64,000 nucleotides of DNA from positions 73,015 through 137,014 of the forward strand of contig MU054049.1 in the NCBI GenBank assembly GCA_013239625.1, given 5' to 3'. How positions within the stretch are numbered: position 1 is the stretch's first letter; each line of letters opens with the position of its first letter. This DNA is from Lama guanicoe (Eukaryota). The translations under genes and the position numbers were made by a program. Under the pieces are notes generated by a model. The model was not told the DNA's origin, did no database searches, and saw only the letters and a program-made list of their open reading frames with translations. This document shows, piece after piece, positions 24,360 through 36,472 of this stretch.

Positions 24360-25123
24360 CCAACAAATTCAAACGCGGGTCCTGTCTCCTGTGGAGTCCT
24401 TGTGGGAGGGGAGCTCACGGGTGTGTGATGCTGGTGAGCTGGTGCAGAGTAAGTAGCTGCACAGACACAGGCCACGGGCTGCCCCATCCCTCAGAGTCAA
24501 CTGTGCCCGCCCCTCCCAAACCATCTCGTCCACGTGTGAGTCCACGGCAGCAAGGGACCCTGTACGAACCACAGGTCGCACAAGCTCTTTGCCAGCGGGT
24601 CGAAGTACCCCCGGGCACAGTGGTCACTGCAGCCCGAGGGCTTCTGTTCTGCACACTCTCCATCCTGCAGTTGGTTTTGGGGGTAGTTTTCAGTCCTCAG
24701 GGGTCATCTTCAAAAAGCACTGGGACGCTGACTCAGCACAGGTGCGGAGCAGTCCGAAGTTTACGCTGAGTGTGCCAAGCAGCCCAGTCTTACTGCTGGG
24801 TACTGGCTGGGTTCTGTCCAGTTTGCTCCCTGCCCCCCGCCTCCCACAGTCTAATTGTCTTTAGTGACAAGGGGACCTGCTAAACCACAGTGGGGTAACG
24901 GCGAGCTCCTGGGCTTTGCGGATCGACAGACCCATGGAGGTTGGCATCATGCCATTGACTGATACTTGAACTGCCTGAGCTTTGGTTCCTGCGTGTGTGA
25001 ATTGGGAGTCATAATGCCCATCTCCCGGGCTGTGGGGATAAGGTGAAGTGGGTGTGGAGGACATGTCCTCTTGCTCTCCCCCTCGCTCCCTGAGGTTACT
25101 GGAATAAACCCCATCTCTCTCGC

Positions 25124-25361
25124 GTCCTTTAATTTCCGTTCAATTCTGCACATCTCCTGCATTTTTGCTCGGTTTTCTGCCGACTCTGGATTATTTTCCC
25201 CTTATTCCCTTTTCTTCAGCTCCCCTTCCACCCCAATGATGCACCTTTTATTTTCCGTTCAATTCTGCACATCTCCTGCATTTTTGCTCGGTTTTCTGCC
25301 GACTCTGGATTATTTTCCCCTTATTCCCTTTTCTTCAGCTCCCCTTCCACCCCAATGATGC
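25124..25361. repeat. Tandem duplication (period 119 bp) in the GDF2 3' UTR
   Basis: 25133-25242 and 25252-25361 are identical over 110 nt. Confidence 0.95.
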
Positions 25362-25612
25362 TTTCAGGCTTTCCTCTTCTCCCCCAACCCCTGCTTCCTG
25401 TTACCATCCCCTTCCCCTGCAGTTCAACCCAGTGGTGTGTGCTTGGAGGCGGGCGGTAAGAGGGAGAGTGGGCCTTTACCTCTAGGACCTGGTGGCTCCA
25501 TTTCCTTCTCCGGGCTGACTGCAGGTGGACTTAGTCCCTGTCACACCCAGGGGGACACAGGACCTCTCATTAGGAACCCCCCCGCATCCTGCGTCCCCCG
25601 CCTGGTCCAGCA

Positions 25613-26562
25613 CTACCTGCACCCACACTCTGCCACGCTCATCCCTTCGTAGTGGTACTTGAGGGTGGGGACGCCCATGTCATCCTTGTAGAGGATGGAG
25701 ATGGGGCTCAGTTTGGTGGGCACACAGCAGGCCTTGCCCACCTTCATGGGGAACTTGAGATGCACCAGGGTCTGCACGATGGCGTGTTTCGTTGGGGTCA
25801 CATCATCAGCCAAGGGGAAGAAACAGCCGCCTTTACATTCGTAGGCATCGTACTCCTTGGGCGCGATGATCCAGCTGTCCCAGCCGATGTCCTCGAAGTT
25901 CACCCGCAGCGAGGTCTTCTGACAGTGGTTGTTGGCCCCGGCACTCCTCTTCCGTCTGGCTAAAGACAATCCCGCGGCCACGTGGCCTTCCACGCCCTCC
26001 TTCTCCTCGTCCCTGTTCCCACCTGCCTCCACCGGGCCGTTCCTGGACAGCTTCTTGAGCACACCCTCCTGTTCGTGGCTGATCATCTCTCTGAGCTCCA
26101 GCCTGGTCTCCCTGGTCCCATTGCTGCGGTCATTGGAGAAGACGACGAAGAAAGGCAAGTTTTTGGAGCCTGGGGGGACACTGATATCCAGCTTGTCACA
26201 ACCCTTTCTGTGACTCTCCACGGTCACCTCCAGTTTATTTTTGCTCTTGGTGGAGTCTGCCCTGACCCACCGCTTCACGGCACTGGACACCTCCAAGGTC
26301 TCCCAGCCCTCGTCCTGGATGTCCTGAGACACCAGGAAGGTCTTGGTTCCCTCCGAAGCATCCCAGGCGTTGGCTCCATCCAGAACATCGTAAATGACCA
26401 TGTTCCCTTTCAGCTCGTGAGAGGAGCCCACGTGACTTTGACAGGAGAGGTAGAGTCGGAGCTCGGCCCTGGTGATCTGCTCGTGCCTGGGAATGGAGAT
26501 GTTAAAGAGCAAGATGTGTTTCTGGAAAGGGAAGTCTCCTGTGGCGGCTACAGAGACGGCAT
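25613..26562 (-). CDS. GDF2: GDF2 coding exon 2 (950 nt): rest of prodomain, RRKR furin site and mature TGF-beta cystine-knot domain; full protein 431 aa
   Basis: TTTCAG|AT acceptor. Encodes [45 protein letters not shown]...[13 protein letters not shown]...VAECGCR*. Confidence 0.98.
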
Positions 26563-27409
26563 CTGAAATGCAAATACATGGTGACAGTCACCTCTGCTGG
26601 GAGGGTCTGTTTTCATGACACCAAAGCTGAGACTCATGGCTTGGATGGAAGGGCATCCAGGATGACGTTATCTGGTGCCACTTAAGCCCTTAATGTAGAA
26701 CAGGATTGTAAATGGTACATTTGGCATTTTCCAAAGAAAAATAGAAGCAGGTGATGCCCTGCACTGGAGTGGACAGGTCCAGCTGTTGACAGGGCATCAC
26801 TCTGCTGCCAGCATTACACTACGAGCTCTGCGTCCTTTATTTCACTGTTCTCTTCACACTGATCCTGGGAGAATCTCGTTATTATTCTACTTTTACAGAT
26901 GTGGAAACTGGGATTTAGGGTGTTTAACTGCCAAACTGCACATATCCTGTAAAGATCCTCACTTTAAAAAAAAAAAAGAAAGAAAAGAACCAAATAAACA
27001 AAACAGCAAAGCACAGTGTTAGCCTCAGGTTGTGGATCCTGAGTGTATGATTTTAAAAGAGAGATCCCAGCAGGGGAAATTCCAACATTACGACGATGTT
27101 AAAAGTCTTAGCATCGAAAAGATGTAAAGACCATTCAGAATAGTAACTTTGGAGCAAAACCAAAGTGGGTCATTTTTTTTTGTTTTAGGAAAGAAGTATC
27201 TTAACATCAACGGCAGGTCCCATTAGGCATAAATGGAGCTTGCCTTTTCGCCCCACGGCTCTCAATTTTCCGCTCTCTGGCTGATACACAGCCATTAGCA
27301 CATCTCTATTATCCGTGGCTCAGTCACAAAAAGGGAAGAGGAGTTGTATTTTGTGAGCACCTACTACGTGCCAACCTGAGGGCAGACTGTGTGCTGCCAT
27401 GAAACCGGG

Positions 27410-27630
27410 CTGTGTCTGACAGACTGAGGTACCAGTCCTGACTCTTCCCCTCCAGGCGTGTGACCTTGGAGAAGTCCTGAGTCTCTCTGGGCCTCAGTTT
27501 CCTCATCTGTAGAATGGGGGCTCATCCTCCCCACCTCCCAGGGTTGGTGTAAGGCTTCGACAAGATGGCACATGGAACTTAACCCAACACTGTCCATGAC
27601 TCATTGCAGATGCTCAGTCAATATTTCCGG
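27410..27630 (+). mobile_element. MIR SINE
   Basis: GTGTGACCTTGGAGAAGTC...GGCCTCAGTTTCCTCATCTGTAGAATGGGG...TGCTCAGTCAATATT. Confidence 0.75.
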
Positions 27631-28879
27631 GTCCTCCCCAGACCATCTTCCGTACCTGTGCACGCCCCACCACCCCAAGCCCGTGGCTTTCACACAGCCC
27701 TCTGTGTCCCCTCACCCAGTGTGGGTGTGCCATTCTAGCTCTTGCAGAGCCACCATGGCCTATGTGAGTAGCCAGCAGGGTCTATGATCGGTACATTGTG
27801 TCTGGGACATGGACAGTCCTGGGGGAAGGGGTCACTTAGATGTCTCCACACGCTGGACTCCCAGACTATGGGATTTGGTGATTAGGTCCAGCCAAAAAAA
27901 CCAGGCTTTCCCCCAAAGCAGAGGCTACAGACATGCCCCGTGGGCACAGTTGAGAGGCTGGCAGTATCTGTGGGACCTGCAAACTGCATTTTTAAAAAAA
28001 TGGTCGATGTTTTAAAATTCAGGCAAGTCCATGTAAAATCCATATTTTTCTTATTTTGAGCCATCAGAAAATACAGCCTCGCTGGGCACGCAGCATGACC
28101 GCAGCCTCCTTTAGATGGGGCGTCCACCTGTTAGGAGTCTGCTGGTCTTGAGCCCAAGAGGGAAGAGGCCCTGTGTGCCTGGCTGGTTAGAGAAAGGCTG
28201 CAGCTGCAGGAAAAGTCTGAGCGTGGTAGGCAGGTGGGTCTGGGTCAGAATCCAGCAGCTTAGCTAATATGTGAACTGGACAAGTCCCCTCAGCGTGAAT
28301 GAGCCTTGGCTTCCCTGCTCACAAGGCTGTTTCACCTCCATTGTGTGAATTAGTGGATGTACGTCCTATGTTGACGCCTGTTATCATCCAGTCCTCCTAA
28401 ATCAGGGAAGTTATTTTATATTTAGGAAATAATTAAGTTGCCCATCCACGTTTCTATCTTGGAGGAATTTCTCAGAATTTGAAACACCTTTTGCTGAGGG
28501 TGAAATAGACATTCTTTCAGTGTTTAAAAAAATGCCAGTTGGTTGGAGGCTAAATAAACTGTCTGTGTCTAAGTAGGAAGGGGTCAGCACAGGAATGGGG
28601 AAGTGGGGCAGGGATGGACGAAGGGGAGCTGGCACTCCCACAGCCAGTACCTAAGGCATTAAACTTGGCATTGGGCCTAGGGAGGGAGAATCTTCTAGGG
28701 CAGAGCTGTCCAGAAGAACTGTCTGCAAAGATCGAAGTGTTCTACAATCTCCGCTGTCCTATAGGGTCCCCGTTAGCCATACATGACTGCTGAGCACTTG
28801 CATCCAAGCTAGTGAAACTAAAAAACTAAGCTATTGATTTCATTTCATTGAAATTAATTTAAATAGAAACTTAAGGAGC

Positions 28880-29575
28880 CCCACGGGTCCAGCGGCCGCC
28901 ATACCGGGCAAGACGCAGCGGTGGACCACTGAGTCCCGCATCCCCACCCGGGGCGCCCCGACGGAGCCAACTCTACCTTCCACGCTGAAGCTGCGCACGA
29001 TGTTGGAGGCGGGGGTGGACGACTTGTCCGTGGTGTATCTGTTGTACAGGTCGATCATGTACTGCGGAGGCTCGGCTCGGGTTCTGTCCTGGGAAGGGAC
29101 CCCGCTCAAGTTGAGGCTGCGCAGGAAATCCACCTTCATGTTCTCCAGGAACATCCTCAGGTCGAAGGTGCCCCCATCCTGCTCATCTCCGGGCCCCTCT
29201 AGCAGGCGGTGCGCATCTCCCCCGACCGACGCCCGCCCCTGGCTCTCCAGCGGCTTCCCCTGCGCGGAGCAGGCCAGCAGGGAGAGCACGGGCAGGGCCG
29301 CCCAGAGCGCCCCGCGGCACATCTTGGGATGCTCTTGCCCTGCACGGGAGACTGCGTGCGGCAGCCGCGGTGGGTTAGCGGGTTCGGGGAGGAGCCCGGA
29401 AGGAGCCAGCCCGCATTGTCCTGCCCACGCTCTGCACCGAGCACCCCCGCCAGTTCACAGGCTCTCACCCGCCGTCCCCGAATTGCCCCCCACTTGTTCT
29501 TATCTGGCCCTCGATGCTGCGCTCGGCCTCTTATCTAAGGGAACTCTCCCTTAATGAAGGCTCTATAAACATCTC
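28880..29575 (-). promoter_or_regulatory. GDF2 CpG-rich promoter/exon 1 region with two GATA motifs
   Basis: High CpG density over 28880-29530. AGATAA occurs on the minus strand at 29500-29505 and 29531-29536, and a forkhead-like TGTTTAT at about 29565-29571. Confidence 0.55.
28977..29322 (-). CDS. GDF2: Growth differentiation factor 2 (BMP9), coding exon 1 (346 nt)
   Basis: Encodes [25 protein letters not shown]...[22 protein letters not shown]...[31 protein letters not shown]. Donor GAAG|GTAGAG, phase 1. Confidence 0.97.
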
Positions 29576-31339
29576 ACGAGCACACAGGGCTTGTGGGAAG
29601 GACACGGCCTGCTGCAAAGAATCTGAATTTCTCCATGGGGTTATCGCCCTCTCATTAGGATCCTTTCTCATTTCCTTGCCAGCTCTGTTCAGAAGCATCT
29701 CCAGACAGGGTGACATATGCTTCCTCTCCTGGGCCACGGAAACAAAGAATCCAGGAAGCCAACAAGACCAAAAAGTCCTCCAAATATAGAAACAACAGCA
29801 GGAAACTCCCAGAAGACTTCAGCTAACTGGAACCTGGGGTGGGTGGCGGGGTGGGGACCTTACTTGTCAGTGTTAATAAGAGGCCTGCTTCCCGGGGAAC
29901 CAGAATGTGCATTTGTGGCTAAGCGTTCTGTGCCTTGGTTTCTCATTTGTCAAGCAAGTTCCGGAGCCTTAGAGATCATGCGTGAACGTGGTGCATGGAA
30001 TTTAGTGAGATGATGAAGACTCTGCAGGCAGGCCAAATATGGGTTCAAGTCCCAGCTCCCTCAGTGATTCAACCTGGAGCAAGTCACTTCGCCTCTCTGA
30101 GCCTCTGGTTCAGAAGAGAGTTTGAAGGATTTAAGGGGATTATGTGCTGAACGTCACAGAGGTCACCGTGAGACTCAGTCAGTTGGGTGGCTGCATTATG
30201 GCTGCCACTTCTCCACCCGGGGTGTGACTGAGCTGGGAGCTGGGGAGGAAGCCCTGCCCCTCCCTGACCTGCTGTGTGAAAACACCACTTACACACTGAG
30301 GCCTGCTGGCTCGGGGCTCCCAGGAGAGCTCTGTCACTGGTTGGGGGGGTGGGGTGGGGGGCAGTCTTTGGTCATGTCAGCCTGGGCCACGCTTGTCATC
30401 TGGGAGACAAAGTTGGGGTGGCGGGGTGCAGCTCTGAGGCCATTACATGCCCAGAAGATGTTCCCCCTGCCTGAGGGCCCAGGCAGGGCCTGGGAGGACC
30501 CAGGATCTGTTATTTTAAAGGCAGCATGCCCGCACTTAGACCCTGTCCATTTCCATTGCGTGTGGGTTCGACCACAGCAAAGAATGAGCATAAGAATATT
30601 CTAGGGATCTACTCTAAAGAGGGTTTGAACACGGAGTTTTTCCAAGCTGGTGGGGCCCTTAGGAGGGGTTGCAATAAGCTGAGCAGGTTCAGGAGGATGG
30701 ACGAGGGGCCGGGGCAGGTAGATGCAGAGATCCCGGTGTGCACCCAGCTCTATTCTACTCCTTGTGGTGGTGGTGGTAGGGGGTGTGAAACCAGGAATCT
30801 CCAGGGGCCAGGCTTGGACAGAACTTGCTGTCCCCATCCTTTGGGGACAACTGCCAGGGAGGATGGACGGGAAGGGTGCAGCTTCAGAAGCGCTGCCTGC
30901 AGAGGGGACAGGAAGTTTGCCGGGCTTTGAGCCAGCTCTGAGCATGAACTCCCTGAGGCAGGGAGGAGAATGGGTGCACAGGGCAGGCAGCGAAGCTTCA
31001 ACTTCACAGCAGCAGGGAGCGGGCTGGGAGGAGCTGGGGGGCAGAGCAGGCATCCCTCTCAGTGCTCTGGTCCCTGGAGGCCACCCAGAAACCTGTCACA
31101 TTCAAGAGGTGGAGCCAAGGGTTGCCAGAGGGTGGCCTGAACGTGCTGTCTCTTGAAGCTGGAGATGCTGCTGATCTGATGTTTTCTTAAAAACAGGACA
31201 GATTTTTCCCCCTTGCTTATATCAGTAATATATAGTGCAGATAATTTGGGAAATGCAAAACATTAGAAAGGAGGAAATAAAAATAACTTGCAATCTCACC
31301 CTCCAGTGATGGGCGCAGGCAACGTTTTGAGACAGCTGC

Positions 31340-31606
31340 AACTCCACAATCCCCTGTTTAAAATCCTTGTGGCCAGGAGTGTTTTGCGATTCAGAAAGCT
31401 TCAGATTTGGGGAATTTGATATGGTGAGTATACTGTGGTATCCCCAGCGGGGTTGGGGCCAACACCCTATACTCATACACATTAATATTTCTGTAATGAA
31501 ACAAACCAAAACACAAATACCCATTCAGATCAAGTTTTGTCTTGCAAGGGATTGAAAGAAAGTCAGGTTTTCTAATAGTTTTGGATTTGACGACTAGGGA
31601 CCTGCT
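31340..31606. mobile_element. TcMar-Tigger-like DNA transposon fragment
   Basis: TCCACAATCCCCT...AAATCCTTGTGGCCAG...TTCAGA at the left end and TTTGGATTT...GGACCTG at the right end. Family recalled, not searched. Confidence 0.45.
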
Positions 31607-34259
31607 TACATATGGGGTCACCACATCCTACCATGAAGGTTGCATGTGAACACCTCCTGGAGGTCCTGGTTACATAGACTGTGACAGGGAAGGCGCCCCC
31701 AGAACTGTGCAGTACAACATGCCTGGGCATTTCTGGAATTATCTGCCCACAAATTCAGAGTATCATTATGTTCACATCTCCTTTATTGTTTCTAAGTAAT
31801 TGTATGAGGCCTCCTGATCTGTATAATCAGAAAGTCTGGTTTCCTCTCTCAGGGCATCTCTTTCCTGAATTGTTTAAGAGCCTGTAGGTTGATTTAGTCC
31901 AAAGGAGATGGAGGTGAGCTGGTATCAGTCCAGCTTCTTCATGCTGGAAGAGGGAAGGGGGATGGGGTAAGGGTCTTGGCAGGTCCCAACTGCTGTTGCT
32001 TCTCAATGACACCCGGTTTTGCTGTCGGGGTGGCTCCCACACATCTTACAGCTGTTGGTGCCGGCTGGTCTAGGCTTCTGCCCAGGTCCCCGTGATGTCT
32101 CCTTTTGGGCACCAAGGTAACAGCTTTCTTAAGACACACTCCCAGGCTTACCCATTTCTCCAGCAGGCACACCCCTGTGCCAGGGGGCTGGGTTGAGAGA
32201 AGAGGTCATCCACTATCACACTCTGATCCCATTCTCCCCTCTTCCAGAAATCTCTAGGTTCTTATGGGGGCTCCATCTCTGCATCTTGGCAAGATGGCTA
32301 TCGCTGGCCTGCATCCAATTCATATCCATTGAGGGAGGAGCAAAAGCCCCCTTTCCAGGTGGTCCTGGTTATTCTTATGGTATCTCTTTGGTCCAGATTG
32401 GATCATCTGCCCAGGCCCCAGCCAATCACTGTGGCCATGGAAATTCAGTGCCTTGATTGGCTTAGGTGGAGGTGACGTCACTGGTAGCAAGGAATGAGAG
32501 TCAGGATGGGATGATTCCCCAGAGGGGCCTAGATTTGGTCACTGGAAGGAGATGCAGCTAAAAGATTATATAACTGTCTTCTCCCGCCATGAAAAATTTT
32601 CATGTACTTCCATTTTTATGACTGAACAATACCCAATCATATTGACATATCTTGATGTAGTCAACATCTTCCAGCTACAGGAGAGATTATTTATTAAGAT
32701 AATATTGCAAGGCATATTTTATATACATACAATTATATAAATATATATTGTTAAGAGAGTTCATCAGAAGGGGGATATCTAAATATTTGAAAATATGTAT
32801 TTTCAAAACTCTTGGTAAAATTTGCAAAGCCGCTTTCCAGAAATACTCTTTTAAGATTCATTCCCACTGGCAGAGTCTAAGAGCACCTGTTGCACCCTTC
32901 ACTTGTAGTTCCTTTTACTCATTAGTAATTTGATGAACAAAGTAATGTTGATTTGCATTGCTAGCTGATTTGGACTCTATTTTCCTGTTTTAGTGAGCCA
33001 AAGGCCTTCAGCCTTCCAGAAGGTATGGAAGATGCCACCTTTCATCCACGCTGGTCCAGGGCCATGCTGGAGAGTCATATTTGGTACCATGCTCTAAGTC
33101 CAGGGAGAAGGCCAGAGGCTTCCTCAGATGCCTGGGTGCTTGCTCCACAGGAACCCTGAAAGCCTTTAGCCCAGAGTCTGGCACGTGGTAAACATTCAAC
33201 AGCACTCTTGTCAATATGAGTGCTGATTTTTCTATCACTGTTTCTATTACTCCTGTGGGGAACCTGCCCTTCATTTCTTCAGAGCCCTTGCTTTGGCTGT
33301 GTTCTCCGTTAGGGATGCCTCATGCTCCTCCCCACTGTCCTCCACCTGGGGCCACCCTGTCCTGCCTTTCAGTGCCTGCTCAGATCCCCTCCTCCTTGCA
33401 GCCTCTGTGTTCTGAGTGATGACATCCTGTTGGATCTGCCTTACAACCACTGCAAAGGGCCCTAGGACTGCTGGCCGCTGTTGCCTTGGGTTGGCCAAAT
33501 GGCATCCTTCCTACAATTTGATGTGCTGAGCAGGCCAGCCCTGTGTTCACAGCGGGTCTAAAGCCCCTCCTGGGCAGACCTCTGTGCTCTTCCCTACGTA
33601 CGTCCTTGGACCCCTCAGGGCACTCCAGCGGGTGTGTGGACCAGGCTGGCCCTGCCTCTGTGGCTGCCAGCTCAGCCTGGTGCACTTGTCTACAATTGAT
33701 GCCTGGTCAGTTTGGCATGACTGTGCTGTGGCAACTTCTAACCGAAGCATCTGTAACATCATCTCTCCCAGGACTTTGGAATTACAGAAATAGAGTCATC
33801 ACACGCCATTGCTACGGGAGAAGTACAATTTAGTGAACAAGAGAGGCAGGGCTGACTCACCCATTTATTTCAAGGATGACTGAAGCTCATCCTTCCAGAG
33901 GACACTGACCTCAGCTTTCATATGGAGATGGGACAGGATCTGCCTGAATGTCTGTGACAAAGCTGCCTCCAGCGGGTCAGGGGCCCCTTCTGTCTCAGGA
34001 GGCGTGACGATGAGACATCTGTCCTTCTGTGAGCCTCTTGGGGGCCGCAATCACCCACACATTGCCCAGAGGAATGAAGACTGGACCCACCTTGAGGAGC
34101 GAGCATGAGCCAAGCAGAGCAGGGGGGTATATCCTTTCCATTTCTGGGCCTTCCTTCCTGAGAGCCTACTTCTGTTTGGCACACAGCCAAATGTGAGTCC
34201 TCAGCCAGTGTGTGCTCCCTGTTCCTGCACTGTGCCCAGGCTGTCAGCACATTTATTAG

Positions 34260-34425
34260 AACAGTGGTTCTTACAGTGTGGTCCCTGGACCGCGGTAGTA
34301 GCAGCACTGGGGAATTAGTTGGAAATGCTAAGTCTTGTCCTGAATCAGAGTCAGAGTCAGGGTCCAGCAACCTGGTCCAGCCTTCCAGGTGATTCTGATG
34401 CATATTCAAGTCTGCACGTTGCTTT
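34260..34425. mobile_element. MER5A-like hAT-Charlie element
   Basis: CAGTGGTTCTTACAGTGTGGTCCCTGGACC...GGAAATGC...CCAGGTGATTCTGATGCA. Confidence 0.7.
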
Positions 34426-36472
34426 TGATAAAAGAAGAAATTCAGATAGACCGTCCAAGAGATTAAGTATGTGTACGCTGCCTGATACGGTATCTGGCAC
34501 ACAGGAGAGGCTAAATAATGAATAAACAGGTCATTCCTCTGTTCACCCACCCTCTACACATACCACCAGGACTGCTGGGGGCGATTGGAGGGCTCTAGAG
34601 TGAGTGAGAAGGAAAAGTGGACCAGAGCTTAAAAGAGCATGATCGTCTCATCGGAGCATGATCGGAGCAGAAGAGAGGAGGTGAATGGAAGTCACAGAAG
34701 CATCCGTTTATCAGTGAAGGATTTTACGTTTCCAGCTTTTGGCAAAAGGAAATAGCCTTCAGCTCTAACTTCAGTGTTTTGGTGCACAACTTAGAGCCAG
34801 TGCTGCCAAGCTGCTTCTCTGGTTCTTCCCCACTCAAAACCCTCTCCAGCCCTCCTTGGCACGTGCGGCTAGCAAACGCATCTTGCACAAGCTGATGCCT
34901 GCAGTGGCTTTATGCTGCCAGCTAAGTCCAGCTCGTGCATCCTGGGGGAGCCGTCTCTTTTCCTCTGCAAACTCTCCCATCCCCTCCTCAGATTTCTGGA
35001 GGCCCCTCTATCATGGCCCCGTGTCCACCCTGGTCACAGAAGGAGCATTAGTTAAAGGCTCCCGCTGTGATATTTTACAAGTGACTTAGACATACAGAGG
35101 CACCTGCTGAGACGCCTCAGGCAAGACACCTGGTGGGCATCCAGACTCAAGTTTCCCCACTTGTGGAGTTAAAGGGTTGCATCAGAAGTTTTCCGGAAGT
35201 TTTTCCCAGCCTTAACGTTTCTAGCTCATAGTTGTACTGTTTATATTTGTCACATGAACTAAAGCCTTACCCTATCAGAGGATGTGTGACTTCAGGAAAC
35301 GGGCTCAGGGGCAGGCCACCACCCTGCTCCCTCCAGGCTGACCCAGAGGCAGTTGATGACCTCAGGGATCCAGGGACCCATGCATATCTGTGTGCTGGAG
35401 CCTCTGGCTCTTGTGATAATGTGACATTGATATTTTGGTTTTAAGAGGAAAGAAAGTTGTTTCATACCCACATTTCTTTTAAAATCTTGCTTTATTGGAA
35501 GGCCATTCAGTGGCACTGGGACAGCCCTAATAGGCTAGTAGTAGGGGTCACTGGCCAGGAAGCTGGGAGGCAGGACCAGCCACCTGAGACTTGAACTAGG
35601 CAGCCTTGGGTGTCAAAGCTGACGTTACCTTTAGTCTTGGTAAGATGTTGGTGGTCATATTACTAAATGTCCTGAGCCTGTTTTTCTGAGGCACTAACTG
35701 GATAGTAAGTTGCAACGTTGCTCCAAGGCTCACGGAAAGGCCATGTCTAAATTGTAGGGTGCTCTGTAAACATGGGGGATGGGTCACTGATTACACTGGT
35801 TCCTTCTACCACACCCCAAAGTCATCACCACTGGGAACCATCTATCCTGGCACAAGCCCGAAGCCCCTGTCCATGGCTGGACACAGGGGTGATCCCCCCA
35901 GCCTGCTCCTTCCATCCCTTTCATCCAGAAATGAAGGCTCAGAGACGTTGTAGGCCTCAGTGGTGACTCAGAAGATCTCCCAGAAACTGAAACTGCCAGG
36001 AAGAGTAAGATAGAACTATTACAGGACACCCTATCTTTACCAAGAAATGGAAAGGGAGCAGTTAGATGAGAAAAAAAAAAAAAAACCGAGGGAGAGAAGG
36101 GGAAATGAGGAATCTAATATTGAGAAGCAAGACATTTGGAACCTTATCAAGCCCTAATGTTTTGACTTATTTTGCTAGTAATTTATATCCTGTCATATTT
36201 CAAAAAGGATTAGACATGGCAAACCAAGCCATGACCAATTTGCAGACCAATTTGAGACATCTCAGCAATCCAATGAATGAATCATTTAGCCCCAGGACAA
36301 GTCCTGCAGGAATACGGCAGTGTGCGCCTTAAGGACCACCCCCATCACCTCACCTGATCTCTGCCAAGAGGCAGGGCCATGCGCCCAGGGCAGCTGTTCA
36401 CACACATGCCCCGCGGCCACTCGCAGCACCTCAGAGGAGATGCTGAGCAGATGCTGCTGGGCCCCAGCCAGG

